This document shows, one piece after another, positions 8,991-17,077 of a stretch of 64,000 nucleotides of DNA. The DNA lies in assembly GCA_017464565.1 (NCBI GenBank), contig JAFTZH010000008.1:441-64440 (forward strand), given 5' to 3'. The notes beneath the pieces were generated by a model. The model did not search any database, was not told where the DNA came from, and saw nothing but the letters and a program-made list of their open reading frames with translations. Each line of letters starts with the position of its first letter. The first letter of the stretch is position 1. The stretch comes from Clostridia bacterium. Its GTDB lineage: Bacteria; Bacillota; Clostridia; Oscillospirales; CAG-272. The translations under genes were made by a program, and so were the position numbers.

Positions 8991-10650
8991 AAATAAAGCC
9001 GCGGCTTTTGCGCAACAGCTTCTTGACAAGGATTCGCGTCTTTGTAAAAGCTTGATATTCGTCCTCTTGGGTATCTTCCTTATAATCGGACTTTTCACAC
9101 TTCGTCAATACGGCTCTCCGTGGGACGAGGAGGAGGAAATAACGATATTCATCGGAAACCTTAAGGAATACGCCCGCCTGTTTTTCGGAGAGGATTGCGA
9201 ATTCAATCAGCTCGCCTCCTCGATAGATTACGCGAGAGATAACGCCAACATTGACCACGGTGAGAGCTTATATTATATTTTAGCTCCCTTCGCGCGTATG
9301 TTCCTTGAGGGCAACGAGCTTGGCTTCGTTCATCTCTGGCGTACCGTTATCCTTATCATATGCCTTCTCGGAGCTTATTTCCTTTACCTCATAGTAAAGC
9401 ATTTCACAAACGACGCGCGATACGGACTGCTTGCATCGCTTATGCTCCTGCTCAGTCCGCGCTTCTTTGCCGAATCAACTTATAATCACAAGGATTTGGC
9501 ACAAATGACTCTGTGGCTCGCGCTTATGTGGTTCACTATTATGTGGATGAAAAAGCGTGAGTATAAATGGGCGGTGGCACTCGGCGTCGCTGCGGGCTTT
9601 GCCATAAATATGCGCTTCGCCGCCGCTATGGGATATTTCGTCTGCGGAGTTATATACTGCGTGATGATATTCACCGATAAGGACAGAAAAAGCAACGTCA
9701 AGAGCGGTATTCTTCAGGGAGTCGTCTCGGTCGTTACCTGTCTCGCGGTGCTCTTCGTTATCACCCCAGGGTGCTGGCAGGGCTTGCATAAGTACATTTT
9801 CTACTGTCTCACCCAATCGACGTCCTTCCCTTGGAGAGGCTCCGTTTTCTTCGGCGGAGAGATGTACGCGGCTCTTGAGCTTACGCGTTGGTATCTGCCC
9901 GTAAGTATAGCTATAACGATTCCTCTCATCTTCATTCCTCTTTTCCTTCTAGGAAACGTCGTAACCATATTCGGAATAAAGGTAAGCGAGAAAACGGGAA
10001 AGAAACGAATTTACTGCAAGCTTGACCTTTATACGATACTTCTCGTCGGTATGACCTATTTCTCTTTTATCGCCTATCTTATAATAAAGCCCGTTATCTA
10101 CAACAGCTGGCGGCATTATTATTTCCTTTACGGCTTTATACTCATCTGGGCAGTTTTGGGATTCAGGTATCTGATAAGACTTGGAAAAAAAGCAGTAACC
10201 GCCATAAGTTCCGGTCTTATGGCAGTACAGCTTGTTGCGCTGTGCGTTATTATCGCGATAACCCACCCTTATCAGTTCACATACTACAACATTCTCGCGG
10301 GAATACATCCGGAGGAACGTTATGAAATGGACTATTGGGGAGTTTCGGGCAAAGATACGCTTATCGAGCTTATCGACAGCGAATACGTGGGAGAACCGCT
10401 GAGAGTAACGGGGCTTGAATCAAGCTGTAACAGTATTCTCGACAGAGGAATCTTCATTCTTCCCGACGAATACGCCGACAAGATACAGTTCGTCGAATAT
10501 ATAAAGGACGCCGATTACGTCTTCGTAAACTACACTTATTCAAACGAATACAGAAACAGCGATTTACTCAAATACGTGTCTAAATACGAAAAGGTAGCTG
10601 AGGTTGAATATCTGTCAACTCCCTTGGCGGCTGTTTATAAATTAAAATAA
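8971..10650 (+). CDS. Polytopic membrane glycosyltransferase, GT-C fold (ArnT/PMT, GT39/GT83-like)
   Basis: Overlaps the upstream gene by 20 nt. N-terminal TM followed by an acidic loop GSPWDEEEE, as in the GT-C catalytic DE/DxD loop. Many TM helices and a soluble C-terminal domain. Confidence 0.5.
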   Translation: MEKEKRKNKAAAFAQQLLDKDSRLCKSLIFVLLGIFLIIGLFTLRQYGSPWDEEEEITIFIGNLKEYARLFFGEDCEFNQLASSIDYARDNANIDHGESLYYILAPFARMFLEGNELGFVHLWRTVILIICLLGAYFLYLIVKHFTNDARYGLLASLMLLLSPRFFAESTYNHKDLAQMTLWLALMWFTIMWMKKREYKWAVALGVAAGFAINMRFAAAMGYFVCGVIYCVMIFTDKDRKSNVKSGILQGVVSVVTCLAVLFVITPGCWQGLHKYIFYCLTQSTSFPWRGSVFFGGEMYAALELTRWYLPVSIAITIPLIFIPLFLLGNVVTIFGIKVSEKTGKKRIYCKLDLYTILLVGMTYFSFIAYLIIKPVIYNSWRHYYFLYGFILIWAVLGFRYLIRLGKKAVTAISSGLMAVQLVALCVIIAITHPYQFTYYNILAGIHPEERYEMDYWGVSGKDTLIELIDSEYVGEPLRVTGLESSCNSILDRGIFILPDEYADKIQFVEYIKDADYVFVNYTYSNEYRNSDLLKYVSKYEKVAEVEYLSTPLAAVYKLK

Positions 10651-10676
10651 AATCAAGTTTAAAAGGAGACAGTTCA

Positions 10677-11627
10677 ATGGATAAAATAGCTATTCTCGTT
10701 CCCTGCTATAATGAGAGCAAAACTATTGAGAAGGTCGTTACCGATTTCCGCAAGGTCTTTCCCGAAGAGGACGCCGTAATATACGTTTACGACAATAATT
10801 CCTCCGACGGTACGGCTGAAATTGCCGAACAGGCCGGTGCGGTCGTAAGAAGAGAGAGACAGCAAGGCAAAGGAAACGTTATCAGAAGAATGTTCCGTGA
10901 AATAGACGCCGAATGCTATATTATGGTAGACGGCGACGATACCTATCCTGCGGAGTTTGCTCCCGAAATGGCTAAAAAGGTATTGGAAGAAAACAGTGAT
11001 ATGGTCGTCGGAGACAGACTCTCCTCCACTTATTTCACCGAAAACAAGCGTCCCTTCCACAATTTTGGAAACAGAATAGTCCGCTTCCTCGTAAGAAAGG
11101 TATTCAAAAACTCTATCAACGACATAATGACGGGTTACAGAGCTTTCAGCTATAATTTCGTAAAGACCTTCCCCGTTCTTTCACGCGGCTTTGAGATAGA
11201 AACCGAAATGACCATTCACGCCTGCGACAAGAAAATGCAGATAGATAACGTCATTATCGAATACCGCGACAGACCGCAGGGCAGCGAATCCAAGCTCAAC
11301 ACCTTCAGCGACGGATTTAAGGTTCTCAAAACGATAGGAAACCTGTTCAAAAACTATCAGCCGCTCAAGTTCTTCGGGCTTATAGCTCTTCTCTTCGTAA
11401 TAGCAGCGGCGGCATTCTTCATTCCCGTACTCGTCGAGTTCATTCAAACGGGCAACGTTTATAAGTTCCCGACGCTTTTCGTCTGCTGTACGACGATGGT
11501 AATAGGCGTTTTATTCTTCTTTACGGGACTTATCCTCTCGTCTATGCTCCACAAAAACAAGCAGGACTTCGAGGACAGACTTATCCGCACGCAGGACGAA
11601 TTTATCCGCAAGAAGAACGGTAAATAA
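10677..11627 (+). CDS. GT2 family polyprenyl-phosphate glycosyltransferase (GtrB/CsbB/ArnC/DPM-synthase-like)
   Basis: RBS AAGGAGA. IAILVPCYNESKTI...YVYDNNSSDGT...VDGDDTYP is a GT-A DxD signature. Two C-terminal TM helices and a length of ~316 aa match the GtrB architecture. Confidence 0.8.
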   Translation: MDKIAILVPCYNESKTIEKVVTDFRKVFPEEDAVIYVYDNNSSDGTAEIAEQAGAVVRRERQQGKGNVIRRMFREIDAECYIMVDGDDTYPAEFAPEMAKKVLEENSDMVVGDRLSSTYFTENKRPFHNFGNRIVRFLVRKVFKNSINDIMTGYRAFSYNFVKTFPVLSRGFEIETEMTIHACDKKMQIDNVIIEYRDRPQGSESKLNTFSDGFKVLKTIGNLFKNYQPLKFFGLIALLFVIAAAAFFIPVLVEFIQTGNVYKFPTLFVCCTTMVIGVLFFFTGLILSSMLHKNKQDFEDRLIRTQDEFIRKKNGK

Positions 11628-11633
11628 AAACTA

Positions 11634-11666
11634 AAAATCCGTAGATTTAAAATCTACGGATTTTTT
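11634..11666. terminator. Bidirectional terminator between GT2 and typA
   Basis: AAAAATCCGTAGATTTAAAATCTACGGATTTTT. Confidence 0.8.
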
Positions 11667-11670
11667 ATTA

Positions 11671-13506
11671 TCATTTTCCCGCTTCGCGTCTTGCTTTCAT
11701 AACCGCCTTCATACGAAGCTCGGTATTGAGAATCTTTTTGCGAAGTCTTATTGATTTTGGAGTTACCTCTATAAGCTCGTCGTCTGTGATAAACTCTATC
11801 GCCTCTTCAAGCGAGAAGATTATCGGAGGAGTAAGCAAAAGCTTTTCATCTGCTCCCGCAGAGCGTATCGCAGTAAGCTGCTTTTTCTTACAGGGGTTTA
11901 CCGATATATCCTCATTCTTGGGATTCTCTCCCACTATCATTCCCTCGTATACGGGAGTCTGCGGTCCTACGAAGAGCGCGCCTCTCTCCTGAGTGTTGTA
12001 AAGTCCGTATCTCGTGGTCTCTCCGTCCTCGGAAGCAACGAGTGAGCCGGTAAATCTCATCGTTATCTCTCCTCTGTAAGGCTGATATCCGTCAAAAATG
12101 GTGTTCATAATTCCCTCTCCGTGAGTAGCGGTCAGAAACTCCGAACGGTATCCGAAAAGACATCTTGAAGGAATGGAATATTCTATCCTCATTCTCGAAC
12201 CCATAGGATTCATTTCAAGCAGATCGCCCTTTCTCTGTCCGAGCTTTTCAACGACCGCTCCGACGTATTCGGAGGGAACGTCAAGCGTTACCTTTTCCAT
12301 AGGCTCGCACTTCTCTCCGTCTATCTCCTTGAAGAGCACCCTTGGATTTGAGCACATCATCTCGTAGCCCTCTCGTCTCATCGTTTCGATAAGAATGGAC
12401 AGGTGCATCTCTCCTCTGCCCGCCACCTTGAACTCCTCGGTGTTCTCGCCGTCCTGAACCTTAAGAGAAACGTCCTTAAGAAGCTCCTTGTAAAGTCTGT
12501 CGCGAAGCTGTCTTGAGGTTACGAACTTTCCTTCCTTTCCCGCAAAGGGGCTGTTGTTTACCGCAAAGGTCATTTCCATAGTAGGCTCGCTAACCTTGAC
12601 GAATTCCAGTGCCTCGGGAGCGTTTATGCTCGTAATGGTATCTCCTATGGTAATATTCTCCGCACCCGAAAAGCATACTATGTCTCCCATAGTTGCGCTC
12701 TCAACCGGAACGCGCACGAGTCCGTCTATCTGATAGAGAGAAACTATCCTCGTTCTCTTAGGAGACGCATCCGAGTGATAGTTGCAGATATACGCCTCCT
12801 GATTGGTTCTTATAGAGCCGCGCTCTATTCTTCCGATACCTATCCTTCCGACGTAATCGTTATAGTCTATCGAAGATACGAGAAGCTGAAGCTCGCCCGT
12901 CTCGTCTCCCTCGGGAGCGGGTATATAATCAAGTATCTTATCGAAAAGAGGCTTGAGATCAACGCCCTCCTCGTCCGGCGACTCGGTGGCGGTGCCTGCT
13001 CTTCCGGAACAGTAAAGCATAGGACTGTCGAGCTGTTCGTCAGATGCGTTGAGGTCTATGAGAAGCTCAAGTATCTCGTCCTCCACCTCTCCGAGTCTCG
13101 CGTCGGGCTTGTCTATCTTATTTATAACGATAATAACTCTGTGATTAAGCTCAAGCGCGCGCTGAAGCACGAACCGCGTCTGCGGCATAGGTCCCTCCGC
13201 CGCGTCCACGAGCAGAATTACTCCGTTTACCATTTTCAGTATTCGCTCTACCTCGCCGCCGAAATCCGCGTGTCCGGGAGTGTCGATAATATTTATCTTT
13301 ACGTCCTTATAGTGAACTGCGGTGTTCTTCGCGAGTATCGTGATACCTCTCTCTTTTTCAAGGTCTCCCGAATCCATAACGCGCGTAACGGTCTCCTGAT
13401 TGTCGCGGTAGATGCCGCCCTGCTTTAGCATCTCGTCCACGAGCGTCGTTTTTCCGTGGTCAACGTGGGCTATGATAGCAACGTTTCTCAAATCGTTTCT
13501 AATCAC
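11671..13506 (-). CDS. typA: Translational GTPase TypA/BipA
   Basis: [29 protein letters not shown]..., [14 protein letters not shown], 611 aa. Confidence 0.95.
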   Translation of the reverse strand: MIRNDLRNVAIIAHVDHGKTTLVDEMLKQGGIYRDNQETVTRVMDSGDLEKERGITILAKNTAVHYKDVKINIIDTPGHADFGGEVERILKMVNGVILLVDAAEGPMPQTRFVLQRALELNHRVIIVINKIDKPDARLGEVEDEILELLIDLNASDEQLDSPMLYCSGRAGTATESPDEEGVDLKPLFDKILDYIPAPEGDETGELQLLVSSIDYNDYVGRIGIGRIERGSIRTNQEAYICNYHSDASPKRTRIVSLYQIDGLVRVPVESATMGDIVCFSGAENITIGDTITSINAPEALEFVKVSEPTMEMTFAVNNSPFAGKEGKFVTSRQLRDRLYKELLKDVSLKVQDGENTEEFKVAGRGEMHLSILIETMRREGYEMMCSNPRVLFKEIDGEKCEPMEKVTLDVPSEYVGAVVEKLGQRKGDLLEMNPMGSRMRIEYSIPSRCLFGYRSEFLTATHGEGIMNTIFDGYQPYRGEITMRFTGSLVASEDGETTRYGLYNTQERGALFVGPQTPVYEGMIVGENPKNEDISVNPCKKKQLTAIRSAGADEKLLLTPPIIFSLEEAIEFITDDELIEVTPKSIRLRKKILNTELRMKAVMKARREAGK

Positions 13507-13644
13507 GGTTTTATCTCCTTTGAATCATTAAATTTCCAACATAATATTATAACACAATTTTTCGACATATAAAATACCACGATTTACCGATTTTTTTTAA
13601 TATATGCCGCCCAATATTGTTTATTTTGCCCTCATCGAGAAAAA

Positions 13645-13673
13645 TTGACAGAAAAGCGTATATGTGATATAAT
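13645..13673 (+). promoter_or_regulatory. Consensus sigma-70 promoter for the HAD phosphatase gene
   Basis: TTGACA (13645-13650), a 17-nt spacer, then TATAAT (13668-13673). Confidence 0.65.
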
Positions 13674-13713
13674 TTACGAGTCAGATAAAAAATAACCGAA
13701 GGAAACGAAAATT

Positions 13714-14367
13714 ATGAAAAAGCTTTTGATATTCGACCTTGACGGCACTCTTGCCGATACTATAGAATCTATCCGCCACGCTATAAATCTCGCCGCGGAA
13801 AAATTCGGATATCCCGAAAAAAGCTACGACGAAGTAAGAGCGGCTATAGGCGACGGCGCTATGGCGCTTATGAGACGGGTTATGCCGCAAGGCGACGCCG
13901 AAAATGATTCGGCTGTCAAAAAATTTTTAGCCTGCTACGAGGCTATGTACGACGTAACCTATTCGGAAGCCGACAAATGCTACGACGGAATCCCCGAAGC
14001 TCTCGAAGCTCTTAAGGAAAGAGGGTATACGATAGCCGTTCTCTCAAACAAACAGGATAATTACGTAAAGCTCATCACGTCCGAAATAATTAAAGACGGT
14101 ATAGCATCTCTCGCGGCGGGTCAGCTTGAAGGCTATCCCACAAAACCCGACCCCACGGTTCCATTACTTATAGCCGACAAGCTCGGTTTTAGTGCCGAAA
14201 ATACCGTATTTATCGGAGACGGAGAGACCGACGTAATGACGGCAAAAAACGCGGGAATGGTATCGGTTGGCTGCGCTTGGGGCTACCGCGGCAAAGAGGT
14301 GCTCGCGAAATACGGCGCTGATTATATAATATCAAAGCCAAGCGAGCTGTTGGATATATTGAATTGA
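13714..14367 (+). CDS. HAD-superfamily hydrolase, phosphoglycolate phosphatase-like
   Basis: LIFDLDGTLADT (motif I), SNK (motif II region), GDGETDV (motif IV), 217 aa. Confidence 0.85.
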   Translation: MKKLLIFDLDGTLADTIESIRHAINLAAEKFGYPEKSYDEVRAAIGDGAMALMRRVMPQGDAENDSAVKKFLACYEAMYDVTYSEADKCYDGIPEALEALKERGYTIAVLSNKQDNYVKLITSEIIKDGIASLAAGQLEGYPTKPDPTVPLLIADKLGFSAENTVFIGDGETDVMTAKNAGMVSVGCAWGYRGKEVLAKYGADYIISKPSELLDILN

Positions 14368-14400
14368 TAAAATTGATAAATAAGATAAATAAGATAATTT

Positions 14401-14515
14401 ATGGGGGAGGGACTTTTTTAAAAAAGTCCCTCCCCCACACCCCCTCTTCAAAAAACTTTAAACGTGGGGGTATTATTTATGTGTTTATTTTGCTTTCTAT
14501 CGCACCTTATCGTAC
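14401..14515 (+). repeat. Copy A of a dispersed hairpin-plus-flank intergenic repeat family
   Basis: GGGGGAGGGACTTTTTT/AAAAAAGTCCCTCCCCC hairpin (14403-14436), then CACACCCCCTCTTCAAAAAACTTTAAACGTGGGGGTATTATTT...TTTTGCTTTCTATCGCACC. Aligns with the copies at 38903 and 39235 (reverse). Confidence 0.8.
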
Positions 14516-14525
14516 GATTTCATTT

Positions 14526-15743
14526 TTATCTTATACCGTATTTCTCTATGATATAATCCATATCCTTATCGCCTCTGCCCGAGAGGTTGATAAGGATTGA
14601 ACCCTTACCCATTTCCTTCGCAAGCTTCATAGCGTAAGCTACCGCGTGCGAGCTTTCTATCGCGGGGATTATACCCTCAAGACGGGAAAGAGTGAAGAAT
14701 GCGTCTATCGTCTCCTCGTCGTCAACGACACCATATTTTACTCTGCCAAGGTCGTGGAGAAAAGCGTGCTCGGGTCCCGAGGACGGATAATCAAGTCCGC
14801 TCGCTACCGAATATACGGGAGCGGGGTCTCCGTTCTCGTCCTTCAGCATAATGCTGTTGAAGCCGTGCATAATTCCCTCTTCGCCGTAAGTAAGGCTTGC
14901 CGCGTGGTCTCCGAGCGCCGTTCCTCTTCCGAGAGGCTCTACGCCGTAAATGTCAACGGGGTCGTTCAAAAATCCCGCAAAGATACCTGCCGCGTTCGAG
15001 CCGCCTCCCACACAGGCAACAACCGCATCGGGAAGCTCGCCCGTCATATCTATAAACTGCTCTCTCGCTTCTATTCCGACCACGCTCTGAAAATCACGTA
15101 CCATCATCGGAAAAGGATGGGGCCCTACTACCGAACCGATACAATATATGCAGTCCTTATAATCTCTTGCGTAAGCCGCGAAAGCCGCGTCTACCGCCTC
15201 CTTCAAGGTCTGAAGACCGTCGGTAACCTCAATAACGTTAGCTCCGAGTATCTTCATTCTCGCGACGTTGGGGGCCTGCTTCTTTATATCAACCGCGCCC
15301 ATATATATATCACATTCGAGTCCGAAATAAGCTGCCGCCGTAGCGAGAGCAACACCGTGCTGTCCCGCGCCCGTCTCGGCTATAACCTTTTTCTTGCCCA
15401 TATACTTTGCGAGAAGCGCCTCGCCCATACAGTGATTGAGCTTGTGAGCGCCCGTATGATTGAGATCCTCTCTCTTTACGTAAAGCTGAACGTTTCCAAG
15501 CTGTCCCGAAAGTCTTTCGAGATAAGAGATAGGCGTAGGTCTGCCCTGAAACTCCTTGCGTATTCTGCGAAGCTCGCTGATAAATTTGCTCGATTTACAT
15601 ATGGTAAAATACGCCTCGGTTATTTCCGCCATAGCCTGCTTCAGCTCGTCGGGTATATAAGAGCCGCCGTATTTTCCAAAGTATCCGTTCTCATCGGGGT
15701 AATTTTTTAAATAAGTGTCAAATTCGATTCCGTTAAATTTCAT
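14526..15743 (-). CDS. trpB: Tryptophan synthase beta chain (stand-alone)
   Basis: [57 protein letters not shown], 405 aa. No trpA is adjacent. Confidence 0.9.
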   Translation of the reverse strand: MKFNGIEFDTYLKNYPDENGYFGKYGGSYIPDELKQAMAEITEAYFTICKSSKFISELRRIRKEFQGRPTPISYLERLSGQLGNVQLYVKREDLNHTGAHKLNHCMGEALLAKYMGKKKVIAETGAGQHGVALATAAAYFGLECDIYMGAVDIKKQAPNVARMKILGANVIEVTDGLQTLKEAVDAAFAAYARDYKDCIYCIGSVVGPHPFPMMVRDFQSVVGIEAREQFIDMTGELPDAVVACVGGGSNAAGIFAGFLNDPVDIYGVEPLGRGTALGDHAASLTYGEEGIMHGFNSIMLKDENGDPAPVYSVASGLDYPSSGPEHAFLHDLGRVKYGVVDDEETIDAFFTLSRLEGIIPAIESSHAVAYAMKLAKEMGKGSILINLSGRGDKDMDYIIEKYGIR

Positions 15744-15852
15744 TTTTATAATCCTCCAAAATATTTTAAGTTTAATTAAAACGTTTTTATAAAGCGATAA
15801 GCTACATGCGCCATCGTTTTGATATAATAAACATAGTTTTTTCTCCTTTTGA

Positions 15853-16082
15853 GTATAAAAAAAGTCCTATCCCAAACATTTGGGACAAGACTGTAATCCT
15901 GCGGTACCACCCATATTGACGCCGAAGCGCCCGCTCAATATTGCACTGATATGCAACTGCGGCTGATAACGGCACCGCTCCCCGTCGGTAACTACTCGCC
16001 CACGGCTTTCGTCCGCCCTCATAAGTCCATTCACTGAAAGCTCGGTATCGCACTCACACCGCCGGCGACTCTCTGCACCCGA
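15853..16082 (-). ncRNA. T-box riboswitch leader, Trp specifier (UGG)
   Basis: Read on the reverse strand. It has GCAGAGAG (GA/K-turn motif) and a specifier loop GAA-UGG-A (codon at 16029..16027). It has the F-box CCGUUA (15972..15967) and the T-box sequence AAUAUGGGUGGUACCGCAG (15917..15901). A terminator hairpin AGUCUUGUCCCAAA/UUUGGGAUAGGACU plus U7 lies at 15895..15858. Confidence 0.85.
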
Positions 16083-16128
16083 AAAAAAATCAGCTACTAC
16101 TCTTAATCACAGGTTTCTTAATACGCTT

Positions 16129-16157
16129 ATTATACACGCACAAAAAAATTTTGTCAA
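16129..16157 (-). promoter_or_regulatory. Consensus sigma-70 promoter driving the T-box leader and trpB
   Basis: On the reverse strand: TTGACA (16157..16152), a 17-nt spacer, then TATAAT (16134..16129). Confidence 0.65.
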
Positions 16158-16223
16158 TACGTTTTTTAAAATTTATAAAATTTTTTCTAAAAAACAAGGC
16201 GGAGGTTCCGTTAAGATACAAAA

Positions 16224-16278
16224 GCCGTGATTTGGTTCCCGTCTCTGTACTTCGTACCGCAGAGGACCAAATCACGGC
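16224..16278 (-). terminator. Terminator after the phosphotransferase gene
   Basis: Long stem GCCGTGATTTGGT...ACCAAATCACGGC with an inner CTCTG/CAGAG stem. On the reverse strand it is followed by TTTTGTATCTT. Confidence 0.6.
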
Positions 16279-16293
16279 TAAAAAATATTAAAT

Positions 16294-17043
16294 TTATTCG
16301 TAATCCACTACGTCTATCCAGCCGTGCAGAAAATCTCTCTCCTCAGGCTTACCCTTGACCGATTGAGAAGCCGCCACGATAGGAAGCCACTTCTGAATAT
16401 ATTTAAGCTCGGTACCGCTCTTCGCGCAGAATACCGACATATATTTATCGGCAACGTCTCTTTTTCCCGCAAGGCAGAACAGCAGATAGGTTCTCGCCAC
16501 GTCAGCAGACGCGTTACCCTGCGTCGCGTGCGCCCAGTCTATAATATAAGGAATGCCCGATTCGGTTACTATAATATTCGACGGATTGAAATCTCCGTGG
16601 CAGACCTTGTTGTGCTTCGGCATACCCTCAAGCCTCGTGTGAAGCTCGTATCTCGTGGTCTCGTCTATATCCGCCTCGGATATCTTACGGTTCATCTTAT
16701 CCTTAAGCTTATTGAGCATAAGACACTTCTTGCTATGCACCTTCATCTGAAGCTCTACGAACATATCTATATATTCATCAAGCTTGTCGGGATTTTTGTC
16801 TATAAGCTCTGCGAGCGTTACGCCCGCGATAAATTCGGAAGCGATAGCCCATTTACCGTCAACCTTGGATACCTCGAGTATTTTGGGAATATTAAGCCCC
16901 GTCTCCTCAACGCGCGCCTGATTGAGAGCCTCATTGAGAACGTCAGCCTTTGAATAATCCGCGTCAAAAACCTTAATAGCCTTATCCTCGTCGCGATAAA
17001 CCTTTTTGTTAGCTCTTACAGCAATAACTTTATCAAGATTCAT
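16294..17043 (-). CDS. Phosphotransferase enzyme family protein (APH/choline-kinase fold)
   Basis: Catalytic loop CHGDFNPSNIIV and downstream IIDWAH. 249 aa. Confidence 0.75.
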   Translation of the reverse strand: MNLDKVIAVRANKKVYRDEDKAIKVFDADYSKADVLNEALNQARVEETGLNIPKILEVSKVDGKWAIASEFIAGVTLAELIDKNPDKLDEYIDMFVELQMKVHSKKCLMLNKLKDKMNRKISEADIDETTRYELHTRLEGMPKHNKVCHGDFNPSNIIVTESGIPYIIDWAHATQGNASADVARTYLLFCLAGKRDVADKYMSVFCAKSGTELKYIQKWLPIVAASQSVKGKPEERDFLHGWIDVVDYE

Positions 17044-17077
17044 ACTAAAATTTCCTTTCCGTAAGATAATATCTTAC

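Noticed and set aside
14364-14600. A 78-aa plus-strand ORF after the HAD gene.
   Set aside because: It reads through the intergenic repeat element and into the 3-prime end of trpB. It has no RBS.
14646-15710. A 354-aa ORF on the plus strand.
   Set aside because: It is fully antisense to a clearly recognisable trpB. Its composition is rich in Arg, Ser, Tyr and Leu with no motifs and no RBS. This is a typical shadow ORF caused by codon bias.
15802-16053. An 83-aa minus-strand ORF upstream of trpB.
   Set aside because: It lies entirely within the T-box leader RNA, whose conserved motifs explain the sequence.
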